Program-made: the position numbers and the translations under genes
The notes under the pieces: generated by a model
Seen by the model: the letters and a program-made list of their open reading frames with translations, nothing else
Database searches by the model: none
Told to the model about the DNA's origin: nothing
Part shown: piece by piece, positions 40,809 through 52,800 of the stretch
Position numbering within the stretch: the stretch's first letter is position 1
Layout: every line of letters begins with the position of its first letter
Assembly: GCF_001194135.2 (NCBI RefSeq)
Contig: NC_068990.1
Coordinates: 59,308,647-59,372,646, forward strand
Length of the DNA: 64,000 nucleotides
Direction: 5' to 3'
Source: Octopus bimaculoides
Taxonomy: Eukaryota

Positions 40809-43800
40809 CATATATATATATATACACACATTACACATGTTCATTACCTCCTCTCTCTCCAATTGGGGTAGCCATGTATCTCATCTACTGTAAGACATCT
40901 ATTTCTGTTCCTCTATCATACTCTAATCTCTCACCACCTGGCACAAAGCCACCTCCTTTTCAAGACTACTCCTCACTGAGATGTCTTGTAAGTTATTTGG
41001 TGACCTCATTTGTGGCTGGTGTTGCATAAAAAGCACCCATCACATTCTGTAAAGTGAGTAGCATTATGAAGAGCATCCAATCATAGAAACCATGTCAAAA
41101 GACAGTAGAGCATGGCACAGTCTTCTGGCTTGCCAGCTGTCCGACCCATGGAAGACAGACATCAAATGATGATGTAACAAATCGTTTTAAATATAACTGT
41201 ATAAGGTAACAAACAGTGAGTATTAAGGACACAATGGCTGATATCCCCACCATCAACCAATGTATATGACCAACACACTTAAATTGTAATATTAAATTTT
41301 AGTTCTAATATGATTTAACCTTTTAACATTCAGATCATTTTATCAAATGTAGCTCTTATTTATTCACATTGTTTTAAATTAATCATGCATTACCTTGGAG
41401 ATTCAAGATTTCGATGATGTGACTGTATTTTTAGAATAATGTTTTAAGGTAGGTATAAGAGGCTGGCACTGGCTAGTTTGAATATAAAACAAGTAGAGTA
41501 TCTGGGCCAGATATGGCCGGTTTAAATGCTAAAAGGGTTAAAGGAATTTTCTGAGAAGTTGCTCATGTCTTCAATGTTACACCAGGGTTTCCAACAGTCC
41601 TATACAGCCTTGTCACTGAATATAAGCCAGTGTCCTCCTTCAGCCTGCAAAGATGACTAGCAAGCAACAAGTGATCGATCTTATTTTAAATAAATTATGT
41701 TCATAATTAACAGACTTTCACCACAGAGTGGATTTCTAATTTGACTATAAAACATTTTATGATAATACTAGTTCTCATATTTTCTTCCATTTCTCATAAT
41801 TATATGCAATGGAGGAGGTCTGGATAGTTAGAATTTCTTAATGAGAGAAAGAGAGATACGGAAGGAGAGAGATAGAGAAAGAAGANNNNNNNNNNNNNNN
41901 NNNNNNNNNNNNNNNNNNNNNNNNNNNNNNNNNNNNNNNNNNNNNNNNNNNNNNNNNNNNNNNGAGGGGGGAGGGGGGGGTCTTTAAAGAATTTTGAATC
42001 ATCTAGTTTTTGCAGAACTGTTCAAAACTTCTCTAATGTACATGAAGTAAAATAAAAAGTGAAATGTACTTCAGCTACAGGTATTTCATTTGACCCATAA
42101 GAAATAGCAGACAAATTTCTCTTTAACTACACCTTGACCATCTCAAAAATGGACATAGTTTTTGGTAAAGATGTGTGGCTTAGTGGGAAGGGATGTTGCA
42201 CCCACAATCTTAAAATCACAGTTTCGATTCCCAGAACAGGCAACACATTGTATTCTCAAGCAAAACACCTTATTCCATGTGTGTTCCAGTTCACTCAACT
42301 GTAAATGAGTTTCAGTAAAAGCTGGGGAATTAACTCTGCAACAGACTGGCATCCCGTTTAGGTTGGGGAGTATTGTGATCTCAGTCACTTACATGTTGTG
42401 AAAATTGAGTTAAAGCTCTGGCTATATGAGGAGTCGGGTTTCATGGCAGATCTAAGATAGTGTTATTCAAAGTACACTAAGCATGACTAAAAGCCAGGAT
42501 GATCATAACTAGAATGATTTTCATTGTAGGTCTGCTTAATCAAAGCTGATGGACTAAACCCTTTAGCATTCAGATGACTCTGTCAAATGTAATGCTTATT
42601 CACAATGTTCTGAATTAATCATGAATTATCTCATAGTTTTAGGATTTCAATGATGTGATTGTCTATTTTTAGAATGGCATTGTAGGGTAGGTGTGAAAGG
42701 CCTGAGCCTTTGAACATGAAACAGGAAGAATATTTTAGGCCAGATATGTCCAGTTTAAATGTTGAAGGGTTAAACAACACAATACCATCCAATCAAGAGT
42801 GATGTGTGCTGGAGCATGCAATGATTGTAACAAAATTGAAGCCATGGTAATTAGTATCTGACTGCTAATTACTAACCACGTATTTCAAATTTGCCTAGAT
42901 TAAAAACAAATTGTTAAGGAAATGGCAATTTAATGTCCAATAATTACCTTATGCGTTCGTAATGTAGACATACAAAATCCCTTGTAGGCATTCCACACTT
43001 TCACCGTTGTATCACTGGATGCAGATATCACTGTCAAGAAATGAGATTTACAGTTACCACAATAAATATACTTTGAAAGAATTTCTCGCTTAATTTATCA
43101 CCTAGATTCTCAACAGATTAGAATTTAACCCTTTAGCATTCAAATTATTCTGTCTAATGTAATGCTCATTTGTTCACAGTTTAGAATTAATCAAGCATTG
43201 TCTCAATAGCTTCAAGGATTTGTGGATGTGTTTGTTTCTTTTTAGGGTCAGTGTGAGAGGCTGGATCTGATCAGTTTGGACATAAAACAGGTAGATTATT
43301 TGGGTCAGAAACAGCTGGTTTAACCTTTTAGCATTCAGATTTTTCTGTCAAATGTAATGTTTATTTACTCATGTTGATTCAATTTAGTCATGCATAACCT
43401 TGTAGCTTTGAGATTTCAATGACGTGATTGTTTATTTTTAGAATAATATTGTAGGGTAAGTGTGAGAGGTTGGATCTGACCTGTTTAAAAATGAAACAGG
43501 TAGATTATTTGGGCCAGGAACAGCTACTTTAGATGCTAAAGGGTTAAAAGATTTATACACAAAATTTTAAAAGAAAACACAGTACCCTAGTCCACTACTA
43601 ACAATATAGCTGGAAAAGTTTACTGTCAATACAACATCATGAATTCTCTCTTCAGTAGAAATTATCTGATTACAACAAATATGGTTGATATTTTATCATT
43701 TTATTCATTTACAAGTTTTAGTCATTGGACTGCAGGCATGCTGGGATACAACCTTAAGGAATGGACCTATCTGAGTACTCTTTTTCTTTTTTAAAGCCCG

Positions 43801-46800
43801 GTACTTATTTTATCAGTCTCTTATGTTGAACTGCTAATTTACAGGGATATACACACACCAACAACAGTAGTCAAGCAGTGATGGGGGACAGACACAGACA
43901 CACACAAACACACATATACATATACGATGGGCTTCTTTCAATCTCCATCTACTGAATCCACTCACAAAGCTTTGATCTACCCGAGGCTAAAGTAGAAGAC
44001 ATTTGGCCAAGGTGCCACACGGTGGGACTGAACCTGGAACCAAGTGGTTGGAAAGCAAACTTCTTACCACACACCCAAAGAATAGACACAGGCACTGTGA
44101 AGCATGACACATAACTAATGTTCGGGCTCAGAAGGTCTCACACTCCACTCCTATATCCAATGCAGTATGATGTGGGAGCATCAAACCATAGGATAGGCAA
44201 GTGCACAGAATATGAGCCACATAATAGTATTAATAAAATACAGAAAAAGTCATGTATGTTTTAGACTGTATAGAATCTGGACACCAACACTTTTTGTCAC
44301 CTATTAAGGCATGCTGTGATACAATATACCTGGTCTAAAACCAGCATACATACAGATGGAAAATAAATAAATCTAAGTGTTGTAGTTTGCTTGAAGCATT
44401 GTAGTACAAAAGTAAGAAAATAGAAGGGAAATAAAGAAAGCTTCTAACAATGCTGAAAGTTTTACAAAAACCTTTATATTTCAGGTGCAAAGGCCTGTCT
44501 TCAGAAGGAAACAGTCCAAGAAATGTGTAGTTATACTAATTTTGTTACTTTATTTTAAACTGCTCAGCATTAATACAAACAATTCTCCAACAGCTAGAGA
44601 GTTGCTGCTAGCCAAAATGCTGAGTATTTTAACATAATATAACGAAATTGGTGTAAATACACATTTCTAGGACTGTTTCCTTGTGAAGATAGTTCTTTGT
44701 GCCTGAAATATAAAGGTTTTTGTCAAACTTTCTGCATTGTTAGAAGCTTTATTTATTTCCCTTTCCCTTTTATAAATAAATATATATGAACAGAAGAAAC
44801 TCACATGTTCTGCCACCACAGCAAAGAACAACATCATTTACCCAATCTGTGTGGTGTTCCATTGATTGGATATAGGGATCCTAACAGGAAGACAAAACAC
44901 GTACGCCTTATAATTAGTATACAAAGTTACATGCAAATCATCATCATTGTATTCATTTGCATTTTTAAAAACAAATTAAATTCAATCATTTTATGAAGCA
45001 TTCAAAATATTAAAACGTTATGTTCACAAACAGGATTTACCAATTTATATAATTAAGTACAAAATCAGATTTAATGAAGTAAATTTCTAAATGTTCTTAT
45101 GAACAACATGTTATCAAAACTACAAACAACCTGCAGGTATAAAGATGTGGGTTCAAGTCACATGGGTGACCTTTGACATTTTCATCTAAAAAGGCTTTCA
45201 ACCCAATCTTTATATGCTGTTCTTTATAGCATTATTCAAGATCCACTCTTCTGAAAAAAATTTCACATTTTCTTGAAAGCTTATAAATTCTTATGGTATC
45301 AGCAACATACATTTTTGCTAAGACTATAGTGGTCAGGCTGGGGTACCGTTTTCAAGAATTTTTAGTCGAATGAATCGACCCCGATTTTTTTTTTTTTTTA
45401 AAGCCTGGTACTTATTCTATCAATCTCTTTTGTTGAACTGCTAAGTTACAGGGATGTAAACACAACCAAAACCAGCTGTCAAGCAGTGGTGGGAGACAAA
45501 CAGACATAGACATACACATATATGACAAACTTCTTTCAGTTTCTATCTACCAAATCCACTCACAAAGGTTTGATTGACCCAAAACTATAGAAGAAGACAC
45601 TTGCCTACAGTGCCACATAGGATCNNNNNNNNNNNNNNNNNNNNNNNNNNNNNNNNNNNNNNNNNNNNNNNNNNNNNNNNNNNNNNNNNATACAGCCACA
45701 CCTGCACTATGATGTGGTCCAATTTTTAAAATAATCAAGAATTTGAAGGAATTGAGTAATATATATCATTGTTCTTTAATGTGGTGTATGTAACTTAAAA
45801 GATTCTTACACAAAATTATGATAGAAGTTTTAATTTAAATAGGAACAAATTAACCCTCAAGAGGCAGAGCCTCATTTGGAGTTTCAGTGCCAAGAAGACG
45901 GAGCCCTTTTCACAAGCCCTACAGAGGGCGTACACTTATTTTTCAAAAAAAAAAAAAAAATGAAGTTTTACATATATACAACTAATACAATCTTCTTCGT
46001 CATTCAAGTTTTTGACTGATAGATTGGCCCTGTTGTCTCCTAAGGGCTAAAGGAAATGGTTTTGTATCAAGGAACTTGAGGTAATCTCTAACAAGGTTGG
46101 TATCAAACAGGTCAAGACAAAATTGAAATTAAAGTGCAGGTATACATATTCATGAAGCTAAAAGTATTTTATCATGCATAATATCATGTAGTGCACAAAC
46201 AACAAAACTAAAAGCCCCACAAGATTCCACCTCAAAATAACAGTGTCACTTCTGTATTACATAACATGAAAGTATAGTGGAAAATATGATATGCAGTAGA
46301 AAAAGTAAGCAGTGTGTACTTATTATACTGAATATGAAACAGACAGTGAAGGTACATGTCCATGTACCTGAGTTCAATAATCTTCAATGAAAGTAATACT
46401 TTTGAAGAAATTAAAAGGAGCAAGTTACTGGCTAAAACTGCTTATAAGAATCTACAACACGCTTTTTGAAAATTGAGCATAAGTCTTAAAATATTAAACT
46501 GCACGTGAGCAGTTGTATGCTTAGTATTATGAAACTTCAGTAGTCTCCTGTTGACTCAAAAAACAGATTTGTTAGCTGAGATCAGCTGATCTATCTAATG
46601 TTCACCAATGTCAACTTAAATGGCTTGGCCATATATCAACACTGGAGATCTCTTACTTACCATGTTTTAACAAGTAACATAAATAAATGCAACCTTAAAT
46701 TCTCTTAAAGTGGGGTTGCAGATATATTTCACATTGCATTCTTAGCAATTTACGAACTGAATTCAGGATCTTACAGATCATATCATGTAAAAGACATAAC

Positions 46801-49800
46801 CATGCTAATTTCTCAAATGTAGTTTCTGGGTTAAAGGAAATAGATATTGCATTGTGTGTGTGTGTGTGTGCGTATATATATAAAGTAACAAACTGAGGAA
46901 AAGAAATCCTTCAAAGGGGTGTGTTAGACATCCAATTCACTGGTACTTCAGCTGGATACCATATAAATATTGGTATAATTCAATAATAAAGATAAATTAA
47001 ATATAGAGATATTCTATTGACAATCCAATAATTTATTTATATTACAGTATTACATTAAATACTATGAATATAATATATAACATAATATTATATAAATAAT
47101 TATAAAAACCGTAAAAGGCCAAATTGTTTTGACTTATATATTTTTTTCTTATATACATAATCACAGTTCCATCTATAATGGAACTGTGATTATATATATC
47201 AGAAAAAATATAAGTCGAAACAATTTGTTGGCCTTTTACGGTTTTTATAATTATTTATATAATATTATGTTATGTTATATATTATATACATAGTATTTAA
47301 TGTAATACTGTAATATGAATAAATTATTTGATTGTCAATAGAATATTTCTATTTTAATTTATCTTTACATATATATATATATATATAACAGTCTCTCTAT
47401 TCCCCTCTGACCAAGGACAATTTAACTTCTCCAGTTTTGGTGCCATGAGAAAATGCACCAGTACTATGTAAAGCAATTGGCATTAGGAAAACCATCCAGC
47501 TATAGAAACCAAACCAAAGATATGTAGAAGTCTCTAGTCTTTGGGAGCTGTAGCTCTCAGTCAGAGGCAACTGAAACTATGACAACCAATCCATCTCATA
47601 ACAGCAGGGAAAGTAGATAGATGATGATGACAAAGATTCTTTTTTAAATATGGCTAAACAATAAGTAACCAACTAATACTATCATACAACTTGACTCATA
47701 AAGAAACTAACAAAAACTTGGTGAAAATAGTCAAACCTCTCAAATCAGTTTCTGGTGCTGGTTACTTTCATTCAAAAGCATTCTGGTAGCTATCTTCCTT
47801 ACTTCACCGATCTATCAATCCATTCATCCCTCTTTCCAACAGTCAACAAAGCATCTAACCTTTATAACCAACAACCACATTACTCATTAACCTTTAAGAC
47901 AAATTTAGATAGTTTTTATTCACAAATCTCTACCACATACCATTGTAATTATAATACTTGCCGTTCTTTTCAATTCAATCCCCTGTTATCTACAAAAATA
48001 AATAAATGCTCCACAACATCATATAAAATTACAAGAAATTATAATTAGGTAACTAACTTGTACAGATGCATAGTCTAATGGTTAAGGTGTTAGACTCACG
48101 ACCATGTGGTGGGGCATTCAATTCCTAAACCAGACAATACAGTGTGTTTGGTCAAGGTACATTACTCCTGTTCACTCAGCTGGAAACGAGTGGTGCCTTG
48201 CAGAATACAAGCTCAAAAGCATGCAAATGCAAAATGTCAAAAGCCTTTGCTGGATATGGCATACGGTATGATGGGTGACGAAGTAAGTCTACAGCATACA
48301 CACATACATACACCAAGAACCTTGCAAGTATGAACAGGTATAACTGGCACTAAGTCAGTTACGATGATGAGTGTTCCAGCTGAACTGATCAACGTAGAAC
48401 ATCCTGCTTGTGAAATTAAGGTGCAAGTGGTTGAACACTCCACAGACATGTGTACCCTTAACACGGTTCTCAGGGAGATTCAGTGTGACACAGAATACAA
48501 CAGAGCGGGCACTTTGAAATACAGGTACTACTCATTTATGCCAAATGAGTGAACTGGAGCAATGTGAAATAAAGTGTCATGCTCAAGGGCAAAACACGCT
48601 GCCAGGAATTGATCTCTCACCACCTTACAATCATGAGGCAAATACCCCAACTATTTAGCCAGATGTTTTCACAGCTACAACACCAACTTTCTGGACAATG
48701 ATGTTCTGAAACCTCTTATAGTCGACACTAATATCAGAGCAGAAACTTCAAATTCCTGCAGTGACTAGACTAATTAACTGGCACCTTGCTCAAACAAGTA
48801 TCTTACATAGTACTGTATTAATAAACTAGTATTGTTTATACTAATACACAGGTACCTATATAACAATAAAATTTATAGTAAATTTAATATTTGCTCAATT
48901 TAGAATGTGACCACCACTGATTCGGAATGGCTTTGGAAAAAATGTTATATTAAGTTCTGTCTCACACAAAAATCTATGAGTTCACATTTATAACATGTAA
49001 AAAGCATTGGTGCTGATGCCACTTAAAAGCATCTGTGATGATGCCACATAAAATGCACCCAGTACACTCAGTAGCGTGGTTGGTGTTAGGAAGGGCATCC
49101 AGCCATAGAAACCAAGCTGAAACAGACTATGGAACCTGTTACAGTCCTTACAGGTTCCTGTCAAGTTGTCCAACCCATGCTAGCATGGAAAACAGATGTA
49201 AATGATGATGACGACAATGTTCCCAAAAGATTTTAAGCTGGTGACATAACGCTCCCATGTTTCCACAGTTATCTCCACAACGAACCTAGCTTTAGCCATA
49301 TAACCATACATATACAGTTTAGAATCTTGTATTTATTTACAAGACTAGATTATCAATAATATCAAACACATTTAGCACTGTCTTACTTCTTCTCTGCAAC
49401 AATACGCTGCAAACAAAGAGCAAACAGAAAGAACAAAAGTAATAATTAATCTCAATGTGAATAAATCAGTAATACAACATTTGAACACAATAAAACAAAA
49501 TACACTACTAGAGCACAAACACTACATTAAAGGAGTCATCATTTTGTAAAGAGATGTTTGCATGGTTATTTTATACAAGAAACAACAAATAGAAAGACAG
49601 TGACAATGGATATGAAAATGACAAAGGTAGTGAGCTGGCAGAATTGTTAGCACACCAAGCGAAATGCTTAGCAGTATTTTGTCTGCCGTTACGTTCTGAG
49701 TTCAAATTCCGCAGAGGCCGACTTTGCCTTTCATCCTTTCAGGGTCTATTAAATAAGTACCAGTTACGCACTAGGGTCGATGTAATCGACAATCCCTTTG

Positions 49801-52800
49801 ATTCTCCTCGTTTGTCCCCTCTATGTTTAGCCCCCTGTAGGCAATAAAGAAATATATAAAAATGACAAAGGATCCTCTATGAAGACAGTTGACTTGTTAG
49901 AAATAGTAGCTAGCTAAATTTCCCTCAAATCATACCTATTATCATAAAAAAATGGGAAAGAAACATCAGATAGCACAGTCTTGGATACAATGCTTGAAAA
50001 TAACATGGGATGGTCATAGCTGGAACATCATTGATTATAGGCCTGCTCAACCAGAAGTAATACAGGGCTACAGAACAACACTGCCACCACTGTCATGATG
50101 ACAATGACCACAATGACCACCACCACCACCACCACCACCACCATAATGACACACAACCAGCCAAGGGAACCTCAGAATATCCTGATTGAAATCATTAAAC
50201 TTATCAATGTAAGTAATTAAGTTGGAAGATGTTAAATATTCCCACAGCAATGACGCTGTATTGTTACAGACATTGATAATTGTGACATAATCAATGACTG
50301 TATCTGATTTGTTTAACTTGTTCTCAGTAGTTATTTTTAGGTATATTGCCATAGTAAACCAAAGAAATTTTAATGTTAATAAGTTTATACATTTAATATC
50401 ATTTGCTCACTGAATGTAACCTACATTCAAAATGCCCTACAGACCTACACAATCCACTAAGGAACATCCATCCTTTCAGTCTGCTGCCTCTCGAGAACAT
50501 TCAGCTGTATGTCATTATCAGGTAAAGTGGTGAAAGAATTCAGTAAAGTTAATGAATGTTTTTCAACTTTAAGACAATTTACTTATTCTATCAGTGTCTT
50601 TTACTAAACTGCTAAGTTATGGGGGATGTAAATACACCAACACTAGTTGTTGAGCAGTGGCATGGGACAAAGACATATGCACACAGATATATACAACGTG
50701 CTTCTTTTCAGTTTCTATCTACCAAATCCACTCACAAAACTTTGGTTGGCCCGAGGCTATAGCAGAAGACACCTGCCCAAGGTGCCATTCAGTGGGACTG
50801 AACCTGGAAATGTGATTGGGAAGAAAACTTCTTACCACACAGACACATCTGTGCCTAGGTAGGTCAGATTAAATGAATTTATCTAAACTCCTTTGAAGTC
50901 CAGCAATCTCCTGTCTTCAAGTCAACACTGATTAATTACACTTACTGGGACTCAGTGATGGCTGTGTGGGTAAGAAGCTCACTCTGCAACCATGGAGCTC
51001 TGACTGACCAATGACTTGTGAAACTGTACAGAAACCCTTTGGTGGAAACTGTACAGATACCCATTGTGCACGTGCATGTGTGTGTATATGTGAGTATATG
51101 TGCATTTATCTCACATCTTCACATTAAACTACTTGTGCGGTGGTGATGTTTGTTTATGTCCTGCACAAGCAATTTGGCCCACAGCTCTGCGGTTGATGTA
51201 CAAAGACTAGTGAGTTAATCCCTTAGCATTCAGATTACGGTTAAATGTGTCATCATCAATATCAGCATTTAACATTCGTTTTCCATGCTGGCATGGGTTA
51301 GACAGTTTGACAGGAGCTGACCAGCTGAAGGGCTATTCAGGGTCCATGTCTGCTTTGGCATGGTTTCTATGGCTGGATGCCCTTTCTAATGCCAACCACT
51401 TTACAGAGTAATAGTTATTCACGTTGTTTTGAATTAATCTTGTATTATCTTGTAGCTTCAAAATTTCAATGATGTGATTGTATATTTTTAGAATGACATT
51501 GTAGGGTAGAGATGTAAGAGGCCAAAACAGACAAGTTTGAACACAAAACAAACAGAATATTTGGGCTAGTTTAAATGCTAACGGGTTAAAGTATTTCACT
51601 TGAAAACAAGTAGGCATTGGCTTCAAGAAGGGCATCCAGCTACAGAATACTGCCTCAAAAAATCTTGTCCAATCAATGCCAACATGATAAAAGTAGACTT
51701 TAAAAAATGATGATGATGACAATGACAAAATAAAGAAACTTTTGGGGTACATCTGTTAATTCATTACTGAATATGAATGGAATATATTTGCTAGATGTCA
51801 TTCATGGAATTAGAAAACAACAAATAAGAGTGCATTGCTAGGTTACCAGAAATGTCACTACACTTCTCTAACTATTATAGTCAACAAAGCAGAAAATTTG
51901 TTCTCTTTTCACTTAATAACAACACACACACACACACACACAGAAATGAAAATGTCATCCGTATGGCTTTCAGCTCACTTTTCCAGTCCTAAGAGTTCTT
52001 TCAATTGATTCCAGCACTGCTAACCAAATTATCTATTTAAACAAGTTATCTCTGAGACATTCTTCTAAATGCAGTCTCTTAAATTGTATGGTTAAAGCAA
52101 ATATCTTCCATTCCAATGCTTCCCTTCACCCAAACCGATTGACTGTGTGACATGAGAACAAGTGTTTAATACAACAAACATGAACTTGGCACTTACATTT
52201 TATTCACCAACCTCAAATAACAGCTAAAAAGTCTACTCGTGGAGGCACTCCTGTCCCCACCCTACACCTAAAAAAATTGCATTAAACTGTGTTTACATCC
52301 TAACTCTCTACTGAACTAGTCTCCACAATTCATGATAGTCAATGTCTCTTGTGGCATGCATTCTTTATGTGTAATGTTACAGCTAAAGGTCAAGATTTTA
52401 ATCAAATAAATGTAGCATGTACACCAAACTCAGTGAACTAGCTTGTTCACAGTCTACACTGTATCGTCTACTAAAAGAGCTACTCTAGTGATTGGCATTT
52501 CAGTTGTACTTTTCCTGACACAAAATTAGAATATTTCATTGAAGTCATACACTACAATGTGTTTTTACAGCTGCATTACTAAAAATAACCTAAACACTTA
52601 TAAAAGACCAACTTTGCTAAAGTTTGTAGGTTTTTTCATTGCTTAATGCCAACTCTGACTAAAAAAAGCCTACAATTGATCAAAAGTGTTTCACTCGTGG
52701 CCATCCCATCTTTTTAATTTATTTTATTCATTTTTTTTTTCCACAAATAATATATCTATGACTATATTATTGAATGAATTCTTTCTTTTTGAGAAAGTAT

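Noticed and set aside
50068-50352. 94-aa ORF with poly-Gly/His tail
   Set aside because: Tail derives from a (CCA)n repeat; no recognisable domain or splice context
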